A stretch of DNA of 36,833 nucleotides, from the NCBI GenBank assembly GCA_035703635.1, contig DASSXV010000009.1, positions 1-36,833 of the forward strand. The letters run 5' to 3'. Each line of letters opens with the position of its first letter. Position 1 is the stretch's first letter. Origin of the DNA: Trueperaceae bacterium (GTDB taxonomy: Bacteria > Deinococcota > Deinococci > Deinococcales > Trueperaceae). Shown piece by piece: positions 17,649 through 27,458 of this stretch. Position numbers and translations under genes: made by a program. Under the pieces are notes generated by a model. The model saw only the letters and a list, made by a program, of their open reading frames with translations. It searched no databases and had not been told where the DNA came from.

Positions 17649-18926
17649 ATGGATGAGCGACTGACGAACAGCCCACTACCAGACTTCCTGGGGAGCACGG
17701 CTCAAGCCTTGGCGATCACCCAGCCGCTGCTCACCACCTTAGTGGTGGCGGCCACCCTGGCAGTGGCCGCTTACCTGGGCTACATGCTCGCTAGGCGGCT
17801 GCTCATCGGCATCCTGCAGCGCGTCACGGTCCGCAGCGACGACCAGTGGGTCGACGCGTTGCGGGGCCAGCGGGTGTTCTACCGCCTCTCGCACTTCGTG
17901 CCGCTCCTCATCGTCCGCGCTGGCCTGCCTTACCTCCCCGCCTTGCCAGTGAGCATCACGCTACTGTTGCAGCGCGTCATCACGGTGTGGATGGTCATCG
18001 CCGTCGCGCGTGCGCTTGCCTCCGCCTTAGCGGCGTACGGCGAGGTGCGCACGCGCTCGGCGCGGCCAGGGCAGCGGCCGATCAAGGGCTACTTGCAGAT
18101 GGCCACGCTCATCCTCTATCTCCTCGCGGCGGTGGTCGCGCTCGGCGTGCTGCTCGACCGCGACCCGCTGCTGCTCTTGACCGGCATCGGCGCGGCGTCT
18201 GCGGTCCTACTGCTCATCTTCCAGAACACCATCCTGAGCCTGGTGGCCGGCATCCAGCTGACGAACAACGACCTCATCAGGGTTGGCGACTGGATCGAGA
18301 TGCCGGACATGAACGCGGACGGCGACGTCACTGAGATCGCCCTCAACACCGTCACCGTGCAGAACTGGGACAAGACCTTCACGATAATCCCGACCCACAG
18401 CTTCCTCGGCAAGTCGTTCAAGAATTGGCGCGGGATGCAGGCGTCTGGCGGGCGGCGCATCAAGCGCAGCCTAGATCTCGACGTCTCGACCATCCGCTTC
18501 TTAGCCGAGCAGGACATCGAGCGACTGAGCAAGTTCGCGTTGCTAAGGCCGTACTTCGAGGAGAAGCGCGCCGAGATCAGCGCCTGGACGCAAGAGCACC
18601 CGGACGCCCAAGACGACGCCGTCAACTCGCGCAGGCTAACGAACGTCGGCACGTTCCGCGCGTACGTTACGCGCTACTTGCGCTCGCACCCGCGAATCGC
18701 GCAAGACATGACGTTCCTCGTCAGGCAACTGCAGCCAGGCCCGAGCGGGCTGCCGCTCGAGCTTTACGTGTTCGTCAACGACGTGCGCTGGGCTGTTTAC
18801 GAGGGAGTGCAGGCCGATGTGTTCGACCATCTCATCGCCATCCTCCCCGAGTTCGACCTGCGGCTCTTCCAGGCCCCAACCGGTAGCGACATCGGGCGTT
18901 TGGCGCCAGCGCAACAGTCAGACTAG
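17649..18926 (+). CDS. Mechanosensitive ion channel, MscS family (YbdG-like)
   Basis: N-terminal TM segments; IRVGDWIEMP...ADGDV...TVTVQNWDKT, FKNWRGM..SGGRRIKRS and TNVGTFRAY. Confidence 0.92.
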   Translation: MDERLTNSPLPDFLGSTAQALAITQPLLTTLVVAATLAVAAYLGYMLARRLLIGILQRVTVRSDDQWVDALRGQRVFYRLSHFVPLLIVRAGLPYLPALPVSITLLLQRVITVWMVIAVARALASALAAYGEVRTRSARPGQRPIKGYLQMATLILYLLAAVVALGVLLDRDPLLLLTGIGAASAVLLLIFQNTILSLVAGIQLTNNDLIRVGDWIEMPDMNADGDVTEIALNTVTVQNWDKTFTIIPTHSFLGKSFKNWRGMQASGGRRIKRSLDLDVSTIRFLAEQDIERLSKFALLRPYFEEKRAEISAWTQEHPDAQDDAVNSRRLTNVGTFRAYVTRYLRSHPRIAQDMTFLVRQLQPGPSGLPLELYVFVNDVRWAVYEGVQADVFDHLIAILPEFDLRLFQAPTGSDIGRLAPAQQSD

Positions 18927-18929
18927 CGG

Positions 18930-21335
18930 CTACGCCCTCACGTTCCAGCGCCCATCCGCGCCCTGCAGGAACGGCACCCAAGCGACGCCGACGAAGCGGA
19001 GCGCAACGTCGCGCGCCGTTGGCCTGATGGTCACGGAATCGAGCTCGAGCTTGTCTGCCTGGAGGGGAGTGGCGCTAACGCCAGCGAGTTCTACTTCGAG
19101 CGCCGCGTTGAGGCTGGCGATCTCGGCCTGAGTCTGCGCCAACGATTCCCTGGCCCGCGCGACGTCGCCCTGGTCCTGCGTGATGCGCGCTCCCTGTCTG
19201 ACCGCACTGGTGATCTTGCTCGCGCTGGGGCCCTTGCGCTTGGCGAACGCGCCGATGAGCGCCGCGCCTAGCGAGACCGCCGTGCCGATGCCCCGCGATT
19301 GCGCCTGCTGCGCCTCGCGCTGGATGGCCTGCGTTTGGGTCAGGGCGCGGCGTTCCAACGTCGTCAACTTGCTCGCGTAACGCTTGCGCACCTTGTCTAC
19401 GGTGGCGTCGCGCACCTCACGTAGCGCCTGCGAGCAGCGTAAGCGGAAGTCCTGCTCGCTCTCGCCCGGTTCGGCGACTAGTTTGAGTTCCTTGTGCCGC
19501 AGGAGGGTTAGGGCGCCGTCTACTCGCAGCCAGCGTTCGAACGCCTGCGTCCAGCCCTTGACCGCGGTGGCGCCAGTGTCGACCGCCGGGAAGGCGCTCC
19601 ACTGCACGCCCGCGGTCGGGTCGGAGCCGAGGGCGCTCGGGTCGATGCCGGCGTCCTCGCCGTTGGCGAAGTCGACGGCCACCACGCCTTCCTGGAAGTC
19701 GCAGAGACGCGCGACGCGGCGGTCGCTGGTGACGGCGTAAGTCTTGGAGTCGTAGTGCACGTCGGCTAAGCCAAGGACCAGCGGGAAGTAGCGCGCGCCG
19801 TTCGTCACCCTGGCTGGCAGGAAGACCTGGGGTACGTGAGGCGGCAGGAACGGACGGCTGTTCGCGTCGCCATGCACGCTGGACTGGGTCGTCGTGGCTG
19901 GCGGCGCGGCTGGCACGGGCTCCGTGACAGACCCTTGCGAAGGTTGCGCTGCCTCTAGCTGCCTGATCTGATCGCGCGTGAGCGGCCCGGCCAGGTAAGA
20001 CATGACCCAGCGCGTCTGGAACACGACGGGCTGCTTGGCGTGCACGTTGTGCAAGAGGAAGGTGCGTTTAGGCAGGCGGCCGATGGCGCCTGCGAGTTCG
20101 GCGCTCGACATGGCGCCAGCCAACGCGCTGTCGAGGCCCTCCGCCAAGCGCTGCTTGTCGCGCTCCGTTTGCAGCCTCCCTACGAACCACGTGCCCGCAT
20201 TCGACAGCGCCTTGTAGTCGAGGTCGACGGGGTTCTGCGTTGCCAACGCCAACCCGACCCCGAAAGCGCGCGCCTGTTTGAGAAGCGTCAGTAGCGGCTT
20301 CTTGGAAGGCGGCTCTGCGACGGGCGGCAGGAAGCCGAAGAGCTCGTCGATGTAGACCATGGCCCTAAGGCTCGAGGTTCCCGATTGCGAGCGCGTCCAC
20401 GCAACGACCTCGGAGAGCAGCAGCGTGATGAAGAACATCCGCTCGGCGTCAGACAGGTGGGCGATGGAGACGACGGCCACCTTCGCCTTGCCGTCCGGCC
20501 CGTGCAGGAGGCTCTGCACGTCTAGGGGTTCTCCCTTCGTCCACGCCTCGAACGACGGCGCTGCCAGCAGCCCGTTGAGGCCGAGCGCGAGCTTGAGGCG
20601 CTCCTTGGCCGGGAAGACGGTTTCCAGGTCCATGACGCCGAGCTTCTTGAACGGCGGTTCCTGGACGGAGTTGATGAGCGCCGCGATGCTGAGGTCCTCG
20701 CCCGCCCGCCACGCCGTCTCGAGGATGTTGGCGAGGAGGATGTGCTCCCTGCTGAGCGGGTCTGCGCTCTGACCCATGAGGGTGAGGACGCTCGTTACGG
20801 TCGCCTCGAGGCGGTCGCGCATGAGGTCAGGGTCGTCGAGCACGGTGCGCGGCGGGGCGGCGAAGGAGCGCAGCACGGAGATGCCGCGGCCAGCGCTCGA
20901 ACCTGGCGTGTACACGACCACGTCGGCGGCGGCGCGCAAGCGCGCGATACGGGCGCCGTCCTGCCCTGACGCCGCGAGTCCAGCGCGCCACTGCTCAGCT
21001 TGCTGCGCTGCGAAGTCGTGCACGCTCATGCCGAGGCGCTCCGCCTCGCGGGCGTTGACCCAGGGCTCGAAGTCGCTCGGCGCTAAGTTCGGGAAGCTCA
21101 GGGCGAGGTTCGTGAGGTCGCCCTTCGGGTCGATGGCGAGGACGGGGATGCCGTCGATGGCGGCTTCCTCGATCAGACCAACGCCGAGGCCCGTCTTGCC
21201 GCTACCCGTCATGCCAACGATGACGGCGTGCGTCGTCAGGTCGGCCGAGTCGTAAAGTAGCGGCTGATCAGTCGCTTTCATGTCTGCGTCGGTCTCGCGG
21301 CCGAGGTAGAAGACGCCTAGTTTCTCGTAATCCAC
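18930..21335 (-). CDS. Large P-loop ATPase, HerA/FtsK-like (DUF87/DUF853-type)
   Basis: LTTHAVIVGMTGSGKT (Walker A), IDPKGD, MVYIDE (Walker B) and KQARAFGVG..LATQNP; helical C-terminus; GTG start with GGAGG. Confidence 0.8.
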   Translation of the reverse strand: MDYEKLGVFYLGRETDADMKATDQPLLYDSADLTTHAVIVGMTGSGKTGLGVGLIEEAAIDGIPVLAIDPKGDLTNLALSFPNLAPSDFEPWVNAREAERLGMSVHDFAAQQAEQWRAGLAASGQDGARIARLRAAADVVVYTPGSSAGRGISVLRSFAAPPRTVLDDPDLMRDRLEATVTSVLTLMGQSADPLSREHILLANILETAWRAGEDLSIAALINSVQEPPFKKLGVMDLETVFPAKERLKLALGLNGLLAAPSFEAWTKGEPLDVQSLLHGPDGKAKVAVVSIAHLSDAERMFFITLLLSEVVAWTRSQSGTSSLRAMVYIDELFGFLPPVAEPPSKKPLLTLLKQARAFGVGLALATQNPVDLDYKALSNAGTWFVGRLQTERDKQRLAEGLDSALAGAMSSAELAGAIGRLPKRTFLLHNVHAKQPVVFQTRWVMSYLAGPLTRDQIRQLEAAQPSQGSVTEPVPAAPPATTTQSSVHGDANSRPFLPPHVPQVFLPARVTNGARYFPLVLGLADVHYDSKTYAVTSDRRVARLCDFQEGVVAVDFANGEDAGIDPSALGSDPTAGVQWSAFPAVDTGATAVKGWTQAFERWLRVDGALTLLRHKELKLVAEPGESEQDFRLRCSQALREVRDATVDKVRKRYASKLTTLERRALTQTQAIQREAQQAQSRGIGTAVSLGAALIGAFAKRKGPSASKITSAVRQGARITQDQGDVARARESLAQTQAEIASLNAALEVELAGVSATPLQADKLELDSVTIRPTARDVALRFVGVAWVPFLQGADGRWNVRA

Positions 21336-21487
21336 GATGCCTCCAGCTAGCAGCTATGCTGCGATGGTATCCGGTCACGTCCGGCGTTACCAAGCCGACG
21401 TGACTTGAGCCGCAAGGCCCATGCCCCGCCGCCGCCACGCCCCCTAGCCGGCCTTGGCACCCAGTTGCGCCACGAAGGAACTACCCG

Positions 21488-24205
21488 ATGAAGACCTTCT
21501 ATCTGATCGACGGCCACGCGCAGCTCTTCAGGGCATACTACGCGCCGTTCCGCGACCTTACGAGCCCGACGGGAGAGCCGGTCAAGGCGGTATACGTCTT
21601 CACGCAGCTCCTTCTCAACGTCATGCGCAACGAGCGCCCCGACTACCTGGCCATCGCTTTCGACGTCAGCGACTCGACCACCCTCCGCAAGGGTTGGTAC
21701 CCCGATTACAAGGCCAACCGCGACCGCTCGCCCGAGGACCTCCAAGGGCAGTACGAGCGCATCCGCGAGGTGATCGACGCCATGCGCCTGCCCGTCTTCG
21801 AGCTCGAGGGCTACGAGGCGGACGACCTCATCGCGACCATCAGTGAGCGCCTCAAGGGCGAGGACGTCGAGCTGCGCATCGCTAGCAAAGACAAGGACCT
21901 CCACCAGATCCTCTCGCACAAGGTCAAGATGTGGGACCCCTCGACTGGTGAGCTCATCGACGACGTCGTGCTGAGGGCCGAGAAGGGTTACGGCCCCGAG
22001 CAGGCGGTGGAGATCCAGACGCTCGTTGGCGACGCCATCGACAACATCCCAGGCGCCAAGGGGGTGGGCGTCAAGACGGCGGCTAAGCTCATTCACGAGT
22101 ACGGCACGGCTGACGCCGTGGTCGCCAACGTGGGTAAGTTGACCCCGAAGCTGCGTGAAAACCTCCTAGCCCACGCGCAGCAGATGGAGTTGACGCGCCG
22201 GCTAGTCACCCTTGACAAGCACGTGAACATGGAGTTCGAGCTAGCTTCCTGCGCGTACCGCGCGCCCGACGTAGCGCGCCTGCAGGGTGTCTTCTCCGAG
22301 CTGGGCTTCCGCACCTTCGCCGAGCAGGCGGCGGCGTTGGGCGGGGCGGAGGTCGAGGCGGACGAGGCGCCGCCCGCTCAACTCCAGCCGGCAGGCACGC
22401 GCCACGAGCTCGTCACGACCAGAGCGGAGCTCGAGAAGCTCTGCGCCGCGCTCGCGTCGGCGCCGGCGTTCGCCCTCGACACCGAGACGACGGCGCTCCT
22501 GGCCGTCGACGCCGACATCGTCGGTTACGCCTTCAGCCTCGAGGCGGGCGCCGGCTACTACGTGCCCGTCAGGAGTGACGCCGGCGGGCCGGTCATCGAC
22601 CCGGAGGTGGCGGTCGCCGCGCTGAAACCGGTGCTCGAGGACCCGCGCACGTTGAAGGTCGGGCAGAACCTCAAGTACGACCTGAACGTCCTCGCGCGCG
22701 CTGGCATCAACCTCGCGGGCCCACTGTTCGACACCATGGTCGCCGCCGCGCTGCTGCACCCTGAGCGCCGCACCAACAACATGGACGTGCTGGCGCGCGA
22801 GTTCCTCGGACTCACCACCACCCCCATCACCGAGTTGATCGGCAAGGGCAAGAACCAACTAAACATGAGCGAAGTGCCGGTCGCTACGGTCGCGGCATAC
22901 GCGGCGGAAGACGCGGACGTCACCTGGCGCCTCTATGAGCACCTCAACACGTTGTTGGACGAGGCGGGCGCCGACACGCGCGAGCTCTTCGCGGAGGTCG
23001 AGATGCCTCTCGTCCGCGTGCTTGCCTCCATGGAGCGCGAGGGCGTCGAGCTCGACACGGCCTTGCTCGAGGAGTACGCGGAAGTGTTAGGCGCCCGCAT
23101 CGGTGAGCTGCGCGGCGCGCTCATGGAGGCGGCCGGGGTGGAGTTCAACCCCGACTCGCCGAAGCAGTTAGGGGATGTCCTCTTCGACCACCTCGCCCTG
23201 CCCGTCATCAAGAAGACGAAGACTGGACGCTCGACCGACGCGGAAGTCCTCGAGCGCCTCGCGAGCGAGACGGACCACCCGTTACCCAAGCTGCTGCTCG
23301 AGTACCGGGAGCTGACGAAGCTCTTGGGCACCTACGTTCAGCCGCTCCCCGGCTACCTTGCCGCCTCTACCGGTAGGCTTCACGCCTCGTTTCACCAGAC
23401 GGGCGCGGCTACCGGCAGGTTGTCGTCGAGCGAGCCGAACATCCAGAACATCCCCGTGCGCACGGAGGCCGGCCGCGAGATCAGGCGCGCCTTCAGGGCG
23501 CCACCCGGCAGCGTGCTCATCAGCGCGGACTACTCGCAGGTCGAGTTGCGCATGCTCGCGCACTTCTCGTCAGACGAGGAACTCGCCCGCGCCTTCCGCG
23601 AAGGCCTCGACATTCATGCGTACGTTGCCGCGCAGGTCTTCGGCGTGCCCATCGAAGACGTGACGACCGACCAGCGGCGGGTGGCCAAAACCGTCAACTT
23701 CGGCATCGTCTACGGGCAGGGCGCGTTCGGCCTTGCGCGCACGCTCGGCATCCCGCAACGGGAGGCGGCGGCCTTCATCGAGGCGTACAAGGCGCGTTAC
23801 ACGGGGCTCGAGCGCTTCATGCGCGAGTGCGTGGCCCGCGCGGAAGCTGACGGCTACGTGAGCACCATCCTCGGTCGCCGCCGTGTGATACCCGAGATCC
23901 GCTCGCGCAACCGCAACCTCAGGCAACTAGGTGAGCGCGTCGCCATCAACACGGTCATCCAGGGCAGCGCCGCCGACCTCATCAAGGTCGCCATGGTGCG
24001 GCTAGCTAAGCGCTTGAACGCCGAGTTCGCGGCCGCTCACCTGTTGATCCAGGTGCATGACGAACTCGTCGTCGAGGCACCGGACGCCATCGCCGACGAC
24101 GTAAGCAGAGTGACGGTGGAGGAGATGACGGGCGCCATGCAGTTGCAAGTCCCGTTGCGCGTCGACGCGTCACGCGGCCGCAACTGGTTGGAAGGCAAGA
24201 GCTGA
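21488..24205 (+). CDS. polA: DNA polymerase I
   Basis: 5' nuclease (IDG, YKANR, EADD, GD..DNIPG), 3'-5' exonuclease (DTETT, NLKYD, YAAED), polymerase motifs A (DYSQVELR), B (AKTVNFGIVYG) and C (VHDE). Confidence 0.97.
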   Translation: MKTFYLIDGHAQLFRAYYAPFRDLTSPTGEPVKAVYVFTQLLLNVMRNERPDYLAIAFDVSDSTTLRKGWYPDYKANRDRSPEDLQGQYERIREVIDAMRLPVFELEGYEADDLIATISERLKGEDVELRIASKDKDLHQILSHKVKMWDPSTGELIDDVVLRAEKGYGPEQAVEIQTLVGDAIDNIPGAKGVGVKTAAKLIHEYGTADAVVANVGKLTPKLRENLLAHAQQMELTRRLVTLDKHVNMEFELASCAYRAPDVARLQGVFSELGFRTFAEQAAALGGAEVEADEAPPAQLQPAGTRHELVTTRAELEKLCAALASAPAFALDTETTALLAVDADIVGYAFSLEAGAGYYVPVRSDAGGPVIDPEVAVAALKPVLEDPRTLKVGQNLKYDLNVLARAGINLAGPLFDTMVAAALLHPERRTNNMDVLAREFLGLTTTPITELIGKGKNQLNMSEVPVATVAAYAAEDADVTWRLYEHLNTLLDEAGADTRELFAEVEMPLVRVLASMEREGVELDTALLEEYAEVLGARIGELRGALMEAAGVEFNPDSPKQLGDVLFDHLALPVIKKTKTGRSTDAEVLERLASETDHPLPKLLLEYRELTKLLGTYVQPLPGYLAASTGRLHASFHQTGAATGRLSSSEPNIQNIPVRTEAGREIRRAFRAPPGSVLISADYSQVELRMLAHFSSDEELARAFREGLDIHAYVAAQVFGVPIEDVTTDQRRVAKTVNFGIVYGQGAFGLARTLGIPQREAAAFIEAYKARYTGLERFMRECVARAEADGYVSTILGRRRVIPEIRSRNRNLRQLGERVAINTVIQGSAADLIKVAMVRLAKRLNAEFAAAHLLIQVHDELVVEAPDAIADDVSRVTVEEMTGAMQLQVPLRVDASRGRNWLEGKS

Positions 24206-24339
24206 AGCTCAGCCGCGCACCCGCCCACGTGACGCTGCGACACCTGCCCACCCGGTCACGTTGAGCACTCGCAGCGCCACGGCCCCGCATCGACAGTGGG
24301 CAGGGCCACGGCGCTGCGCGTCAGGAGACGCCTGTCGGC

Positions 24340-25281
24340 TTAACCTGCGCTCCCATCCACCGCTGGAGCGCCGGCTGGGTCGGGCTCGCCGCCGGTCATG
24401 AGCCGCTGCGACTCCTTCTTGAACCAGCTGTAGGTGGTGTTGTCCGGCTGCAGGGTAGTAGCCCGGGAGTACGAGGTGAAAGCGTCTTCGTAGTTGCCCT
24501 GCTCGAAGGCCACACGCCCGAGCCAGGCCCACGCTTCTGGGTAGTCGGCGTTGCGTACCGTCGCGCTGGCGAAGCTAGTGCGGGCGGCGGTCATGTTGCC
24601 GCTCTCGTACGCTTCGATCCCCGAGAAGAAGTCGTTGGCGGCGTCGACGCCCCAGCGCGCCTGCGCTTGCGCGAGGCTGAGGAAGTACTGGGCGCCCTTA
24701 TCGGTTGGGTCCAACTCGAGGTAGTTGCGCCACGCCACGACCGCCTGCTCCGGGCGGCGCAGCTCAAGCAGGATGCGGCCGAGCCACCTGTGAGCCTCGA
24801 GGTTCGCGGGCAGCACCTTGGTCACTTGGAGGTACATCTCGGCAGCGCCAGCCTTATCGCCCTGCTGGTAGGCGGCGTAGGCGTTCTCGTTGGCGTCGCG
24901 GCCGTACAGCTCGGCGGCCTCCTCATCGAACGTGCCGCCTGCGGCCGCGTACTGTTCCCAAGTCCTGACTGCAGGACCAGGCCAGTTGGAGCGGCTGTAC
25001 GCCTCCGCTAGGAAGCGCAGCGCGGCTGGGTTGCCTGGCGCCAAGGACACGGCGGTGCGGCCCTCGCGGAAGGCGGCTTGCCATAGCGGCTTGTCTGGGT
25101 ATTGAGCGTCGTAGGTGGTCAAGGCCTCCGCCATGAGGGCCTCGCCGCGGTTGACGGCGTCCTGGGCGTTAGCGGGGAGGGCCTGAGCGATGACCGCGGA
25201 CCCTAGCATGGCCAAGACCAGCAGGGCAGCTGCCAAGAAAGGTCGCCGGCGGTGGGTAAGTCGAGTTGAGTTGCTGTTCAT
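24340..25281 (-). CDS. Secreted tetratricopeptide-repeat protein
   Basis: Sec-type signal (RRR, hydrophobic core, AQA) and several TPR-like units (AHRWLGRIL, AWAWLGRVAFEQGNYEDA). Confidence 0.8.
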   Translation of the reverse strand: MNSNSTRLTHRRRPFLAAALLVLAMLGSAVIAQALPANAQDAVNRGEALMAEALTTYDAQYPDKPLWQAAFREGRTAVSLAPGNPAALRFLAEAYSRSNWPGPAVRTWEQYAAAGGTFDEEAAELYGRDANENAYAAYQQGDKAGAAEMYLQVTKVLPANLEAHRWLGRILLELRRPEQAVVAWRNYLELDPTDKGAQYFLSLAQAQARWGVDAANDFFSGIEAYESGNMTAARTSFASATVRNADYPEAWAWLGRVAFEQGNYEDAFTSYSRATTLQPDNTTYSWFKKESQRLMTGGEPDPAGAPAVDGSAG

Positions 25282-25594
25282 GTTCTCTCCGATCGGGCGG
25301 CTGCCAGCGCGGGGGTGGTGCTCGGCGAGCGCAGCGCCACATGTCTAATTGTTAGCCCGGTCACATGACGTTCAAATGAACGTGGGCCCAACGAACCTCA
25401 AGAGCGGTGAGCGCGGCGTCCGCCTGCGCCCCGCTCATTAGGCTAACCGCAAGTTCCGAATCGTGGGGTGTCCGGCGACATGGCGGCAAGGGCGGTGCCT
25501 GCGGCCAAGCGTTGCCGGTCGCCGCGGCCGAACCGGGGGGTATGATGCCCGCTACCTTTGGCTTGCGCCCTCGCGCACTTGGAGTCGCAACTTA

Positions 25595-26332
25595 ATGAAC
25601 ATCTTGGTTAGTAACGACGACGGCGTGTTCAGCCCCGGCATAGCGGCCCTAGCGCGCGTCGCGAGTGAGTTCGGCCAGGTCCGCGTGGTCGCCCCAGATG
25701 TGGAGCAGTCGGCCATGAGCCACGCCATCACCGTCAGGCGGCCGTTGCACTACACGCGCGCGAGCATAGACGGCTTCGACGCCTACCGCGTCGACGGCAC
25801 CCCCGCGGACTGCGTCGCGCTTGGAGCGCACATGTGGGACACCGTCGACCTCGTCCTCAGCGGCATCAACCTCGGCTACAACATCGGCCACAACATCTGG
25901 CACTCTGGAACGGTCGCGGCCGCCAAGCAGGCGGCGTTCCTGCGCATCCCGGCCATGGCCTTCAGCTCGCCTAACACGGACGGCGGCACTGATTACACGC
26001 AGCTCGCCCCGTTCATCAGGCGGTCGATCGAGACGTTCATCGCCTTGCCAGACATGCTGCTTCTCAACGTGAACGTGCCTGAGGAGCCGAAGGGCCTGCT
26101 GTGGGCGCGGCAATCCGTGCGCCACTACGAGGGTTACGTCGTGGCAGGGGAGGATCCGCTTGGGCGCACGCACTACTGGTTCGCGGAGGAGCCGACGGAA
26201 CAGGTGGAGGAGGGCACGGACCGCTGGGCGGTAGAGAACGGTTATGTCGCGCTCACTCCGCTGCGGCTTGACCTGACAGACGAGGTGCTGCTTGCGCGGG
26301 CGCGCGCAGCGGTCGGGCCCGAACGGGCGTAG
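25595..26332 (+). CDS. surE: 5'/3'-nucleotidase SurE
   Basis: MNILVSNDDG, DGTPADC, SGINLGYN, SGTVAAA and GTD; ATG 25595 with GGAG upstream. Confidence 0.95.
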   Translation: MNILVSNDDGVFSPGIAALARVASEFGQVRVVAPDVEQSAMSHAITVRRPLHYTRASIDGFDAYRVDGTPADCVALGAHMWDTVDLVLSGINLGYNIGHNIWHSGTVAAAKQAAFLRIPAMAFSSPNTDGGTDYTQLAPFIRRSIETFIALPDMLLLNVNVPEEPKGLLWARQSVRHYEGYVVAGEDPLGRTHYWFAEEPTEQVEEGTDRWAVENGYVALTPLRLDLTDEVLLARARAAVGPERA

Positions 26333-26345
26333 CAGCCAGCCTCGA

Positions 26346-27437
26346 CTAGTCGGTTCGCGGCGGGAACTTGATGCGTTCCTGCGTGACGGCGCTGTCCGCC
26401 TGCGCGAACTGCGCTACCGTCACGCCCACCAACCTTATCGGCAGGAGCGGCCTCTCGACCTCGAAAGCCAGGCTGCCTGCCGCGGCGCGTAGCGTGGCTT
26501 CGTCGACGACTGGGTTGGGCAGGGTGCGGCTGCGGGTAACGGTCTTGAAGTCGCTGAAGCGGAGTTTGACCGTCACCGTGCGGGCCACCAGGCCGTGGCG
26601 GTTGAGGTGCATGGCGACGTCGCGGCACAACTCGACGAGGACCGGTTCGAGGTCCTGGCGGCGCGTCAAGTCGCGCTCGAGGGTCGTCTCCGACCCGAGT
26701 GACTTGCGCTCGCGGTGCGCTTCCACGGGGCGGTCGTCGATGCCGTTGGCGATGTCGTGGAAGAAGCGCCCAGCCTTACCGAAGCGTCGTTCCAACTCCT
26801 CACGGCTGCGGGCCCGCAGGTCACCGCCGGTCATCACGCCGAGTTCGCGCATGCGTTGCGCCGTCCGCGGCCCTACGCCGTGGAAGCGTTCGATCGGCAG
26901 CCGCGCGAGGAACGCGGCGGCTTCATGCGGCAAGATGACCGTTAGCCCGTCCGGTTTGTGCATGCCGGACGCGACCTTGGCGAGGAACTTGCCGCCAGCC
27001 ACGCCAGCAGAGGCGGTGAGGCCGGTCTCGCTCGACACCGCTGCCTTGATGGCGCGCGCGATGAGCGTTGCCGACGGCGGTCCTTGCAGGGGGTTGGTGA
27101 CGTCCAGGTACGCCTCGTCTAGGGCCAGTGGTTCGACGAGTTCCGTGTAGCGCCTGAAGATCGCTCGCACGTGCTGTGACACTTCGCGATAGACATCGAA
27201 GCGCGGCGGCACCACCACCAGCTCTGGGCAGAGGGCGAGCGCCCTGCGCATCGGCAGTGCCGAGTGGACGCCGAAGCGCCGAGCTTCGTAAGACGCGGCC
27301 GCGACGACCGCCCGCTCGCCAGAGCCACCAACCGCGACCGGCTTGCCGCGCAGTTCCGGCGCGTCGCGCTGCTCGACTGATGCGAAGAACGCGTCCATGT
27401 CGACATGCACGACTTTGCGCGGAGCCGCCTCGCTCAT
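26346..27437 (-). CDS. dinB: DNA polymerase IV (Y family)
   Basis: HVDMDAFFASVE, SYEARRFGV, LDEAYLD, KPDG, HGVG and a little-finger domain (RKSLGSETT, IRLVGV). Confidence 0.95.
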   Translation of the reverse strand: MSEAAPRKVVHVDMDAFFASVEQRDAPELRGKPVAVGGSGERAVVAAASYEARRFGVHSALPMRRALALCPELVVVPPRFDVYREVSQHVRAIFRRYTELVEPLALDEAYLDVTNPLQGPPSATLIARAIKAAVSSETGLTASAGVAGGKFLAKVASGMHKPDGLTVILPHEAAAFLARLPIERFHGVGPRTAQRMRELGVMTGGDLRARSREELERRFGKAGRFFHDIANGIDDRPVEAHRERKSLGSETTLERDLTRRQDLEPVLVELCRDVAMHLNRHGLVARTVTVKLRFSDFKTVTRSRTLPNPVVDEATLRAAAGSLAFEVERPLLPIRLVGVTVAQFAQADSAVTQERIKFPPRTD

Positions 27438-27443
27438 GGCTCC

Positions 27444-27449
27444 AGGTTA
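27444..27449 (-). promoter_or_regulatory. -10 element of a leaderless dinB promoter
   Basis: TAACCT on the minus strand lies 6 nt before ATG 27437. Confidence 0.55.
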
Positions 27450-27458
27450 GCGCGCGGC

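Noticed and set aside
18930-21335. HerA-type anti-phage system or conjugative VirB4/VirD4
   Set aside because: No nuclease, Sir2 or T4SS partner genes nearby; the neighbours are mscS and polA.
24206-24339. Several short inverted repeats between polA and the TPR gene
   Set aside because: The stems are short or widely separated in GC-rich sequence and have no U-tract, so no specific terminator or RNA can be called.
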